A DNA stretch of 64,000 nt, from the NCBI RefSeq assembly GCF_009834535.1, contig NC_045697.1:58406001-58470000 (forward strand). Direction: 5' to 3'. This DNA is from Camelus ferus (Eukaryota). Shown in pieces: positions 39,552 through 52,489 of this stretch. A program made the position numbers and the translations under genes. Within the stretch, counting starts at the first letter, position 1, and every line of letters starts with the position of its first letter. The notes beneath the pieces are model-generated. The model ran no database searches. It had not been told where the DNA came from and worked only from the letters and a program-made list of their open reading frames with translations.

Positions 39552-39603
39552 ATTTGATATGCAATGTTTAGCTTTACTCCCATACTTGTCTCTCTGTAGG
39601 GCT
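39552..39603 (-). CDS. ADGRL3: ADGRL3 52-nt long form of the same exon ((E)PYRETSMGVKLNIAYQ+AT), frameshifting
   Basis: Second donor CAAAT|gtaatt 34 nt downstream of the first. Splicing to 37659 gives ...YQIGASEQCQGYKCHGYSTTEW*, matching the short latrophilin-3 C-terminus I recall from rodent and human isoforms. Confidence 0.85.
39586..39603 (-). CDS. ADGRL3: ADGRL3 18-nt microexon, short form ((E)PYRET)
   Basis: Long pyrimidine tract then catgctgtcgtttag|AGCCCTACAGAGAGACAA|gtatgg. Frame-preserving; gives EPYRETKGLLNN when joined to the terminal exon. Confidence 0.88.
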
Positions 39604-40734
39604 CTAAACGACAGCATGAAGAAAAGGAAAGAAAAAACAACAAGTAAGCTTACAGCGACAGTAGAAGAAACATGAGTAAAAAGCAAATTGATGATATGCA
39701 GAAAAAAGAGTCAAAGGAAATAATTCCACTGCCCCAAAATTCATGAGTCTGTGTTACATGGTTTATCATAATTAAAAATACTGAAATGTTAGTCAGAAAA
39801 TTAGAAACCCCCTTATCACATGCTAATAAAGTCTTTAATAAGCATTTTCTCAGTTTGTAAATTTCAAATACACATTTATTTTTAAGTTAAAATTACCACA
39901 CCAACCAAAGAGAGTAAAATCTTGAGGGTAAAGGCATGACTATTTCCACAAATATATTTCAATATTACATATTTGTGTGTGTATGTTAGGACATACTTGC
40001 TTCTAAGGAATGATATTTAACTTTAAAAAATTTCAGTAAGATTATAAATAAAATCTTTAGCTTATATACAGAGGAAAAAAACACAGTTTGAGCTTTTCAT
40101 AATTGTGTTTTTTCTCTTATGTCTTATGTACAAAGGTTACTTCTCTCCCATTGTACCTATACAAATGCCTTTTATTATTTGTAAATAATACGGATCAATA
40201 CTGTCATTTCTAAAGCTCATATTCAGAAGTTGTATAACTATGGAGAAAGAGAAAGGTTAAATCCAACCATTATTCTGTATCAAGAAAATGTGAAGGGGAA
40301 AACATACCACCATCAATTTCAGGTTTTCTTCTAGATTGTTGCACAGTCATACGCAATCAAACATTTTAAAACACTCCTAGCAAAATTATTTTTTTAAAAA
40401 TCTCATTTTTAATCATATTTTAACTCATATTTTAATCAGATAAAAAAAAACTGCTTTTGCTGATTTTGTTTACAGTAAAGTTAAATCATCACAAAGTAAA
40501 AACCAGTGAAGTCACTGGGCTAGATCATTTCAAGAGATTCCAATCTGTTATAATTTAACCACTGGTTCAGAGATACTGTTTTTGTACTTTAAAAAACTGA
40601 TTTGCTTCTCAGCAAAAGACCAACAATATTTCAAAATGCAGAGGAAATTTCTTTTAAAGTTTCAAAATCAGTTTTGAAATAAAGAGCCAAACTAGTATAG
40701 CAACAGATGGAACCTGTTTGTAGGCTTATTACGG

Positions 40735-40900
40735 CTCCTTCTGTAAATGATAACATTTGAAAGATAACTGATTCAACTCCTGTCTTTCAAGGTGAGGAAA
40801 CTGCAGCCAAGAGAGGCTAAGCCTTATCTAACACCACTCTGCTAACAGTGGCAGAACTGGGATCAGAAAGGGAATCCTCTAGATACACTCAGTGCACTGC
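40735..40900 (-). mobile_element. MIR fragment
   Basis: caaggtgaggaaactgcagccaagagaggctaag...agtggcagaactgggatcagaa. Confidence 0.6.
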
Positions 40901-42469
40901 TCTCTCTCTCCGTCTCGTCACATCTGCCTTAGGCTTGGAAGCCGCAACAGAATATTTACTTACGCACTTTACACTACAACTTGGTGTCTTCGACATCCAT
41001 ACTGTACTTTTCAACTATATCCCGTCCTAAAGATACACATCTTTCTTTAAAGTTTTATAACTGAATTAAATTACTTTAAAATGTAAATTATCTTGTAAAA
41101 GCATGGCTTCTCTGTATTATATTTTGTTGACAGGTTAATCTATAATGAGACTTATCTTATAAAAACTGAATTCTCCAATACTGATGAGAAGATACTGGTC
41201 CAGAAATACTACTCATGAAGTTTTAAATATTTCCATAAAGAGAATCCAAATCCAACGTAACAAAAGCATATTATTCATCTTTATTCCTAACTCTATATGC
41301 ATCAGTAACATTATAAATACATCTTTACATATTTTCAATAAAGGTATCACAAACAAAAATGGATACATTAAATCTGAATGCTTCTTTGCTTGGATGGCAC
41401 TGGTACAGCAGAATTAAAGGATCAACAGAACAGAATCAAGTGGTAAGTTAACATAAACCACTCTAGTACATACCGAGCCACCTATATTTCATGTAAGATT
41501 TCACCTTGCCAGTAAGAATATAAGTGCATTCATCTGAAAGCATAAGATTAGTAGCAATATGACAATCACCAAGTTTTATTTTCGGTCAGTGTTTTAAAAA
41601 AAAGAACTATTTTAAGCACTACCACAGTTTAACATCTTAAAAAATTTGACAACATAAAATAGTTGAACGATTCCATTTCTGACTCTGAAAACCAATAATA
41701 AAATTATTTACTTTTGTTTTTAAGAAAAGTCAGAAGAATTTATTTAATTTCCTGGCATAAACAACACATCCATTCAGAAGAATCCTTTGTGTATTTACTG
41801 ATAACCTTAATAGCAATATTTAGTAAGAGGCCCCACAGGAATCGAACTTTGGACCTGTATGGCATGATTTTAAATCTTGTCCTGAGAATTTCACTTTGAT
41901 AGTGTTTATAATAGTGTCCATCCTTAGAAAATCCCCTAATTTAGGATATCAGTAATAAAAGAAGACAAGAAGGCAGGTACCAAATAAGGGAAAATGTATA
42001 GATTACTAATTGCTAGTTTTTTATTATATAAGACATTAGAAATTCTATGTGAATAATCAAAAAAAGCTAAACAAAACGTGATCTAAATTTCTTACTTATT
42101 TTAAAACAATTCCTAACAACTCTTTGCGTAAGGTGAACAATGTAGAATAGATTTAATTTGCAGATATGATGTAAATCTCCATGTAACATCATTCAAAACT
42201 TATTAGTATGTCAGCACACTTTAACATGTTTCTAATGACACAATTATCTGTCACTTAGCCTAATGAAAATAAAGGGAAAAAAACCCAAACAAGTCTCTAT
42301 AAGGTCTGCAAAATTGTTCTGCCAAACCACATTTGGTGCGTTGTGTAATATACACATCATTAAGTGCTACAATGAAATGACAGACCATGTAAAGGGGAAT
42401 AACCATGAAGAAGCTCTCGCCTCCTGATAGCACTGAGGTTGAACTTCTAGGGAAATGGAGGACTAAAAG

Positions 42470-42770
42470 AAGTCAGATGAACTGCTTTCAAGTATTTAAA
42501 GGATTGCCACTGAGAGCAGAAAAATGCTTTGCTTATCTTTGTTCTAGAAGGCAAACTTAAGCATCATGGCCAGAGGCAAATTTTGGCTCAATGGAAAGAA
42601 AAAACACATAACAAATGGAGCATTTCAGCAACTGAACATATGAAATCCTGAGATAGGAAGGGGGTCTTGTTAGAGGAAATACTTGAGCAAGGTTGACAGA
42701 ATGCCAGCAATGTACCAAGGAGGATTCAATGAGCTCTATTCCTCCTTTTGATTCTAAGTCTGTGAATCTT
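42470..42770 (+). mobile_element. L3/CR1 LINE 3' fragment
   Basis: ctttcaagtatttaaaggattgcca...gaggcaaattttggctcaat...attctaagtctgtga. Confidence 0.5.
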
Positions 42771-43053
42771 AGGTGTAAGCCTTAAGAAACTTGTTAAAAT
42801 TGACAGCTTTGCTTAATTATTTAATCCCATTGACAAACAACTTGACTTGATTCCTGAAGTCAATTCTGAACTACCCACTTCGGTATTTTTGAAATAATTT
42901 AAAATCATCCTTCATATTTGGCAAGGCGTTACCAGGAAACTCAAATGGTTTTAGACACCCAATGGTCATGTTGCAACAAAAACATGCTTTTCTGGGATAA
43001 GCATTCACATCAAGTTTTTCACACTCATGCCACTAATCGTTTACCTCTGAAGG

Positions 43054-43055
<2 letters not shown>

Positions 43056-43095
<40 letters not shown>
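43056..43095. repeat. (AC)20 microsatellite
   Basis: Direct reading. Confidence 0.95.
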
Positions 43096-43096
<1 letters not shown>

Positions 43097-44122
43097 ACAA
43101 AGATCCCCAAAGAGGATAACAGAAATTTCATTCAAAGTTGCCTGGGAAAGTTAAATACTGCTAATCTCTCACATCTACCTTGAAGGAACCATTGAAGTCT
43201 GTGTGTTAGAGTGAATTTTCTTTCAAATATAATTTTAAATAGGTGGATCACTCACTAAAATGTTTCTATTATGAAACTTCCACTTGAATAATTTTTTTCC
43301 TGTGGACACTTCACTTATAATATGAATATTTTAAACTTCTTGTGCCCCTAATAAATTTTTATCTTAGAAAAGGTAAAACTAGGTCCAAATGCTTAGACTG
43401 AATGTGATTTTAGAGAGATGTATGCTTATTTGTTTGAGATACAATTACATCTTTAAATCATTCAAAGTTGGAGGTTATACAGAAGAACCATATTCAAAAC
43501 CCTTGTTTTTTTTAGCATGTAGCCACAGTAGGAAGAGCATTTCTTGGCCTTCCTGAGCTAGTTCACACAGACAATATCAACCTAGGATACAGCCCGATCT
43601 CACTGTTCTTTTCTCTATGGCTTATTTCAATGTAATTTTCCATGGAGTTGATCTAAATGCTTTCATTAGTAATGATGCTTTGTGCCTAGAGAGTGCTTGA
43701 TGGTATAACAGAGTAAGATTATTTTCTTGATCCTATAGCATTAAGACTATTGAATCAAGTCTTCCTTTATCTTACTTACCTTAGGCAAATATCTCATATC
43801 TCAAAATGAATACATAGATATTTAATATAGAAATCAATCAACAAGAAAACTACTGACAAACCACAATACATTTTAAAACATTACAGAGAAACAAACACAT
43901 ATTGATGAATCAAGCATTTGTTTATCAGAAGGAAGGAATCCATTTCTTACTAAGGAAAATGGAAAATAAAAGCACCAAGGGGGATGGAAGGTGAAAACAG
44001 TCTGTGTGTCTGCTTCCAAAAGGAAGAAGAGGCAGGAGGTAAGAAAGAAAAATAGAATGTGGCCATAAAAGCTACATAAATGGGACTCTCACTTGAAAAA
44101 ATTAAGATAAACTCCAGCACAC

Positions 44123-44251
44123 CTTGTGCGTTGTACATGCTGACAGAAGGGTTGTTACAGACCGCCGGTTCCCCAAGCAATGTATTATAGGGATTGTTAG
44201 TACCATGCGGACGAAGCAGAGCATTGCTTATAAGATGATTAGCCATGGCTC
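44123..44251 (-). CDS. ADGRL3: ADGRL3 alternative cassette exon, 129 nt ((G)[42 protein letters not shown])
   Basis: ctgctccag|GAGCCATGGCT...AACGCACAAG|gtgtgc. Phase 1-1, 43 codons. Recognisable latrophilin tail insert inside ORF 43950..44294. Confidence 0.93.
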
Positions 44252-45339
44252 CTGGAGCAGCCCCATAGAAAGACAGAGAAAAAAAAAAGGTCAATCAGGC
44301 AAATGTGTTTGAAGAAAAGAAAGGAAACATTTAGAATGACAACAGTTGACACAGTCCTGATTACAGGCAGGCAGCTAATTAGACTCAAAAATATATGCTA
44401 CTAAAGCACACGTTTCCAACAATGCACATATCTGAGTCAATGGGAAAGAAAGAGAATGATTTACAATGTTGATTAAGCCACATTTAGGGTGTTCTCTTTC
44501 CCAGAGTGTAAGCAAGAATATATTCCCATGCTTGCTAAAAATGAAAATAAAAAAAAAAAAGCAAGATACAGTCTCCCATACAAACAAAACACAAAGCACA
44601 AAACAAAAGCTGAAAAAAAAGTTTAAAACACAAAAAGAAAAGCTAAGATTAAACAAAACATTCCCTCAATTACAGAAACCATTGGGTTGTTTTCAATTAA
44701 AACAATAAAAGGCAACATTTATGATAAAACACTCATTTGGAGAGCAGTTGTTGACACAACAGAAGATTTTGACATTTCTTAAAATTCTATGAAGGGAAAT
44801 TTTTAAAATTGAAATGAAATAAAATATAATCACTCTTATTAGTACACCATAGTAAGCATACTAATTAGGTGAACTTACAAGGCTGATAAAATAATCATGG
44901 GGATATTACCTTTAAATATTTTAAGTAAAATATTAACTTCATGGTATCAAGCAATATATATAATTCCATTTTCCATTTTCCAACTGGCTGTTTGAACTTT
45001 GGCATAGCAAAGGAACAAAATTTAACTCTTTCATCTCCTTATGAACAGATATATTTAGTGTCTAACATACTATCAGTATGCATTACAATCTCCCACCCTC
45101 CAAAGCCATTTAATAAAAAAAAAAAACCCCGAAACATTTAGAAAAACAGCTCTATTAAATATAACTAGGCATTGTATGGAAATGATAGACAGAATGTGAA
45201 TTTCTGTTAGATAATAAAGAAAAGAAAAATGACTGCAGAAAGGAAAACACAAACTGTATAGGGATAGACTGAAATAGCAGGTAATGTTAATTTAAATATA
45301 TATATTAGAGAATGAAAATATAACATATATAACAGGAGA

Positions 45340-46480
45340 AAATATTTGCAGAAAAATTTATAAATTTTTGCAATTAAACAAAGGACTAATATTTTGGATA
45401 TTTGGGACTTTGGAGAACTCGCAAAAGTCAACAGTAAAAAAGAGACAATCAACAACAAACAAAACGATTAGAAAAAACAATTAGAAAATGGGCCAAAGGT
45501 ATAAACAGACATTTCATGGAAGAGGGTATACACGTGGCAAATAAGCTCATGAAAAGAACTATTATTAGCCATGAAGGAAATACAGATTAAAACCGTAGTG
45601 AGATATTATTACACACTTAAAATAAAAATTATGATGACATGAAATGCTGGCATGGATGAAGAGAAACAAAATCACTCATACTTTGCTGTTAGAAATATGA
45701 AATGGTACAGCTACTCTGAAAAACACTTCGCCCGTTTCTTATAAAACTAAGTGTGCAATTACCATACCACCCAGCAACTGTACTTTTGGACATTTATCCC
45801 AGAGAACTGGAAATTTATGATCACACAAAAGCCTATACATGAATGTTCAAGGCAGCTTTGTTTATAATAGCCCCTAATGAGAAAAAGCACAGATGTCTTT
45901 CAACTGGTGGATGGTTAAATAGCCTGTGGCACATCCATACTATGGAATACTACTCAGCAATAAAAAGGAACAACTATCAATACACATAATAACCTGGATG
46001 AATTTCTAGAGAATTATACTGAGTAAAAGAGACAATTCAAAAGGTTATATACTGAATGATTCCATATATATATATATAAAACATTCTTGAAATGACAGAA
46101 TTACGGGAATGGAGAACAGATCAGTGGTTGCCAGGGTTTAAAAATGCAAAGAGGAGGGGAGTGGGATGGTCATAAAAGGGTAACATGAGGCATCCTGTGA
46201 TGAAACTACTCTTATCTTGTCTATGGTGCTGTATACACAAACCTGCTCTTGTGATAGAGTTGTACTGAACTAAACACACACACACATAAACACAAACAAA
46301 CACAAATACAATTAAATATAAATAAAATTGAAGATACGAACAAAGTTAGTGGGTTGTATCAAGTCAATATTCTGGCTGTGACACTGTAGTGAAGTTTTAC
46401 AAGATATTATTGAGGGAAATGGGGTAAAAGGTACATGATTTCATACAATTGCAAGTGAAGCTACAATTATTTCAAAGTAA
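45340..46480 (+). mobile_element. L1MC/L1MB-like 3' fragment, antisense to ADGRL3
   Basis: aaaatgggccaaaggtataaacagacatttc; catttatcccagagaa; tatggaatactactcagcaataaaaaggaa; gatcagtggttgccaggg. Confidence 0.85.
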
Positions 46481-47515
46481 CAAGTAATTTATATTGAATG
46501 AGTAAAGCAGAAACATTTAGTGACTCATAGAAATGTTAAAAAAAATGAAAAGGGAAAACTTTGCCATGGCAATTTAAATTTTTTCTTAATCATGGCTCTA
46601 AATTAAGTGTCATAAATATTTTAACCTCAAACTTGGGAACCTGAACGCTTGTTTAAAGGACAATAAAGCTTGTCAGATCTCTAGAGCTAGAATGTTTCAG
46701 TTCTTTCAGGAAATATGCCATATATGTTTTCATCCTACACATTCTGCAAAGAACTAGCATAGAGCCATCACAGAAGTTTTCACTTACTATGTGATCAATG
46801 AATATTTGCTGAAATTGTACATCATATATATTTAAACGTCTTTACATGGTGACATGACTGAACTTGAATTTATCATATAAATGGGTATATGAGGATATTA
46901 TTTCCCACTGATGAATTAAATATATAGTACATTAGTAACAAAAGCTAGAAAGAGTTCGCTATAGTGCCTTTCAGATAAGAAACAAACACTGTAAATCTTA
47001 AATATGGATATTGTTGTTATAGAACATCTTTAAGATTAATTGTTTGAGACAGGACTTGGTTGGCACAACATTTTTAAAAAGCAAAACACCTGTAAATCAT
47101 ACTCGCTACCTACTAGTTGTTACTGTAGCCTTTTTTCAAGTAAAAAAGGGAAGCTGGTCTTCTAATACAAGTAATTCCTTTCTAAAGTTACTGTAAATAA
47201 GTATTTAAGTAGAAAATGAAAGGTGTAAGCAACTTAAAATGAACTGGGGTAAAACCTTAAAAATATAAAATTGCTCAAACTCTTTACACTCCCTCGCAGA
47301 CCAAGTAAGGATAAGATCTTTATGGCTGGGACTTATAACTGTATCTCCATACACTTTTCTTCATTTCTACACATTATTTAATTTAAACTAATTGGAAAAC
47401 AAACAGCAGGCTGGGAAGATGGCAAACCACATTCTTCCTTGCTTCATATAGCTTATCAAAGAAAATATTCTTTTGTTTTTTTCCTATGCTGATGTAGAAG
47501 AAGATGGTCTGCTTA

Positions 47516-47680
47516 CAAGTTCTCATCAAAAGAAAAAAATATATAACTAGCTATGGTGATGAATGTTAACTAGACTCATTGTGGTGACCATTTCACAATA
47601 TATACAAATACTGAGTTATGCTATGTACCCAAAACTAACATAATGTTATACGTCAATTTATCTCAATTTAAAAAATAAAT
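47516..47680 (+). mobile_element. Short L1MA-type 3' end
   Basis: gttctcatcaaaagaaaaaaa...atggtgatgaatgttaactagactcattgtggtgaccatttcacaatatatacaaat...caatttatctcaatttaaaaaataaa. Confidence 0.8.
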
Positions 47681-50600
47681 GATAAAATAATTTAACTTAA
47701 AAAATGACCTATACTTTAGCATAAGGAAACAATTGAGTTGGGAAGAATCAAGCGTAAGCAAGAAGCAGGTGATTCAATATTTTGGTTTCTGCTTAGCATT
47801 TAGGTTATTAAAAAGCAAATAATATAAGAACAAAAAAAAGTTTAATCATACAAAAATGGAGTTCCACAATGGAATTCTAATGAAGCTTTCCAAATTTGTA
47901 TAATCTATGTGGTTATACTTTCCTAACATAAAGTTCCTTTTCAGTTTTTCTTAGTGTTTTTCTAATTTTTGAATGCACTTTAAAGCCCTTTAATCAGTGA
48001 AACCTACTAATGTAGGAAGACAGAGTTTTAAAGTTCACTTATTTATCATCAATTTCTGCTAGGCTGGAAAGGCCAGCAACAATAGAAATGGATTAGGTTA
48101 TGGCTGTATTATGACACAATATTGGTGAAATGGAACAACATTCACTCTCTGCCATGTGGCTCTGGTAAGTTGCTTCCTCAGATCGCATGCAATCCAGAAT
48201 CAGCCATTTGTATCAGAATTAGTGCGGCTGTACTAATAATACACAGTTGTAATGAGTGACCTGATTGGAGAACCACCTGCTGTTACACCTAAAAACATAT
48301 AAACCTAAAATTGTTTAAACATAACAATAAAACCAATTTCCTCTTTATCTTTGGTATTGAGGATGATTTTTCATGACAGAAAAAGAATCACTATTTAAAT
48401 TAAGTTGCTTTCTTACTATCATTCACTTTTATTCCTCCTGCACCATTTGAAACCAATGTAACTAGCAACACTGAAACTAACTTTAGTCCTAAAAGTGGAG
48501 ATTTATAACACAGGTGAGGGCCCAGTAACAGGAACTACAGAATAGGATGTAGAGTTTGCTGATTAATATTTTGCCAAGAGTATAAGGTTATGAATAAGCT
48601 CTATGGGTTTGCCGGTTTGAAAGAATGAAGGAGATGTCTGAATAATCGAACAATTATCCCTCCTTTGATTCACTTAGTGTAAAAAGTTAATACTTTTTCA
48701 TGGACAGTCATGGCTTGGCGTGACCCCAAGAGGCCATTTTTCCTGTCGCCATCCCAAACAAGTGCAATTTTCCTAGAAGGTGTTACCTACAGTATCCACT
48801 CACATTTAGGCATTTCAGTTATACTTCTGAAAGATAGCAATGACTGTGCTTAAAAAAAACCTCAATTGTTGCCAATGCCTAGATTTCTTACCTAAAACCT
48901 GCAAAGAACCTGTCCTCCTTCACCTTTTAATTGCACACTTTTGTCTTTTCCCTGTAGCTGCACTGCATTTCACTTGTCGTTTGCCCAGGTCTATTCTGTT
49001 TGCTTCTGGTTGTCTCTCCAATTTACTCGGGTCACTTTGAATTCTGATACGATTTTCCAAGGTTCTGTCCATCCTGTCTCTTCCTCTTCCCTCCAACTAA
49101 CTTCTGATTTGTTAAGTTCCCTTCTAATAGCTGTGAAATTGCTGAAGACTTTCAGAAGATCAGTGTTTACAGACCATCTGTCACAGCTTTTCAGCTGAAT
49201 AGTTAAGCTTACTGGTTAGTCAGTTTGAAGACACAAATAAGTTGACGTTGGTGGGTAAGTAGAAGGGGAAGATAGTTACAGTGCAATGTATGTGAAAAGA
49301 ACATTTATGTACCAATGTCACTGGGATGTAAACCCCAGGAAAACAGGGAATACATAGGATTTTTTCACTGTTCTATACCACATGTCTAGAACAGTTCTTA
49401 GAGCTCAATAATTATTTGCTTAATTAATAAAAAATTTGTGTGACATCTACAGCATTTTGAAAGTATGAAAACTAAAACCAAGTTATTTTATCGATTATGA
49501 GCAGTTTTATAATTTGAGTAAATTTTTAAAGAGTGCCATTTGTCTAATACCTAACGTGATTTACTTTCTTTTAACACTATGCCAGGGACCATAACACTGA
49601 AACTTTTAAAGCAAAGATAAATACTCATATAACTATTTGGAAATACAAAATGCTACCTGAATACTAGCTGCAGATAATAAATTAGAGGGGAAAAAAACAA
49701 CACAACCTGCCATGACTCAAAATAAAAAACTCAAATAGGGTAAAAAAGCTCAAGATGGCTAGGTAAAAATAGCTGTTCTCTAATTCCCTGACTCTCAAAA
49801 TCCTGGCTACAGTCTAGTCAACCTGCTTACTTGCTATCAGAAACAAGGGTTAGCTCTTTAAAAAAAGCATGGAAAAAGAATTAACATTGAATTTCAGCAT
49901 ATGTGAATCATCAACAAGGCTGTCAACAGAGGACCAAGAACAAAATCTTTATTTCTGGCGAAAGCGTGATAGAAAACAAACAGAATTTTCATATTACATA
50001 CTGAAAAACTTAGGGAAGTTTTTCTGACAAATTTTTGTAAATCAGACTTTTAAGCTACTGAAAAAGATTAAGTATAAAATCAAAGAGAGAGTCATTTTAA
50101 AAAGAGGGTTTTTTTCTCTTTTTTTAACCTTACATCTGAAGATTGAGGTTGATATAAATTTGTGAATGAATGAAATTTGAATGGAATAATGAGTATACTC
50201 TTTTCAAACATATAGTTTTACCACAAAACTGTTACATTTCTTTCATTTTGAAAATCAAACAGGTGTTTATGACTATTGGGACTCCCTGAATGACAGCATT
50301 GCCCAGGCCAGTTCAGTGTGATACATGTGACTGAGGACTGAAAATCTACGGCAGATCTGTGTGCTTTGAAATTGTGAAGAACAGATTTGAAAAAGATGAG
50401 AGCTGGATCTCACTTGAATCTATATTATATCATTCAGAAACTTAATTCAAACACCATTTCTTCTTGACAGCAGGCTAACAAAAGTATACGGAAAAGCTCT
50501 TAAAATAAACTGAAATGTCATGCTGCTTTGCCCCACACTTCATTTTTTAAAAAATGTACTTACATTCTTATTTGATCATATTGAACGGGTGATGTTTTAT

Positions 50601-52489
50601 AATTCAAGATCTAATGGTGATCTAATGAAACAACTGAATACAAGCATACTTTAACAGTCATGTGCCAATACACCTCAATTTTCAAATTCTAATGTATAAA
50701 TATATGGAATGGTAAGTGTTCTGTTTATTTTATTTCAAAAAAGAGTTCTACCCAGATGATTCTTTCTTCCTTAATGTGCCTCATCCTCCATTCGATTCCC
50801 TCATCGTTCTCTCTCCCTTGGTTTGACATATTTTTCTTTTATGAAGTCATTTCCACTATATATGTTGGCTGATGTATGCAAGTCAGAGTTATATACAAAG
50901 CAGAGTTACAACTGAGTGATGCCTTTGTGCTTCTGCCTTCAGACATTAATTTTGGCCCCAAATGGAGAGTTCATTTTGTACAAGTAAAAATACTTTCATG
51001 TACGATGGTATTTTCTATAGAATTAGAATACTAACTTCAGTATAAGGCAAGGAGTCTTTCACAGGAGATGGTGTCTATGAAACTGTGGAACCCTTAAAAT
51101 TGTGTGTAAAATGCTTTAGGTCTATGTGCGCTCAGTTGTGCACAAACACAGACACACAGACACACACAGACACACACACCCCCCTTCATTTCTTTCTGGT
51201 GAAAGGATTCTGTGGCTTTTATTTCTTTTTCAAAGAGTTAAGAAAAGTGGTATAAAGGAAAAAGATGTATCTCTTTCTTTAGTAAGTAATTATAATATAA
51301 ATAAGAAAAGAGGAAAAAGTGAATCAAAAGTAGCCAAAATATCTTAGATATGTAAGTATCACCTAATCAATTGCAATATAACACAATGGAGGAAGGCTAT
51401 AGCTCAGAATTTACAACGAAATAAGATTCTAAAATTGTCTACCATCATCACTCAATACATAAAGAAACACAGGTCCAGAGACACTCATAATTTATTCAAT
51501 GTCACACATGGCTTTGGTAGTTTTACTTAAACACATTTAAATCAGTGATTCTCAAACATATTTTTAATCATCTTCCAAAAATATGTTTAAGCAAAATTTT
51601 ACTAGAGGCTTAATAGAAGTGTATTACTTTTTCTCATATGCTTTTCTGTAATGCCCAATTATTTTATTTTCATATTCATGTGTTAATTTACATAATATAA
51701 ATAAAGAAAAATAAAAGTAAATAGAGAAAAGAGACTTCTAGAACTATGGAGAACTGATTCAATAGGTATTTTCTATTTTAAATATTTTGTTTCCTATTTT
51801 TTGCTTTTCTGTGTAACAAAACAATTTCAACACACACGCAATCTACAGAGGGTGTAAGCAATGATTAGCTCAATTTAAAGGGCTACTTTATAAAACAGAG
51901 ACAGCCATATTAATCAGGACCAAGTTGTTTATAATAAAAAATAAAACTAAAAAAACTGCATGCTATCCTTAAAAGTTGTATGAAACAAATTTTAAAGCCA
52001 CAGAAACCATACTTTTATATTTTTACTGCTTTTATCCACACAATTAATGAAATTACAAAGTGTTAAAGACAAAATGTTTTATTGAAAGCCAAGAGCTCTT
52101 TCATCATTTTTTCTAAAGTCATAAATTGAAGAGCTGACATCTTGATTTATCACACTGTGCACTTTTAATAGCCAACAAGTTTGCTATTAAATTTTAATCA
52201 ACCTGCCTATTAAATTTCTTTCAAATGGTTCAGAGATACTTTAGCTTCTTTTAATAGCTAATTCATTCACTGGGAATATATTAATATGGGTTTCAATGAC
52301 AACTTTTCTCCAGAGTACAGACTGCATTATTGTTAGCTCAGTATAAAACAAAGTATTCTGGATGCAGAGGTATTGCCTGTATTTTAATATATAAATTCAG
52401 AGCTTTAGAATTGGGAACCCTAGAAATTACCTATTCTAGTCTCTCTTATTTTGCACTAATTAGCTTTATACGTGTCTTCTTGCCCAGAT

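Noticed and set aside
43950..44122. Hydrophobic in-frame read-through of the 129-nt exon (GVLEFILIF...FIFHFP*)
   Set aside because: Lies past a canonical GT donor, and U-rich intron sequence naturally translates as F/L/I. There is no independent support for retention.
51554..51588. 12-bp perfect inverted repeat aaacatattttt / aaaaatatgttt
   Set aside because: AT-only short stem next to a hAT-like terminus; expected by chance or from a decayed MITE, and too short for a pre-miRNA.
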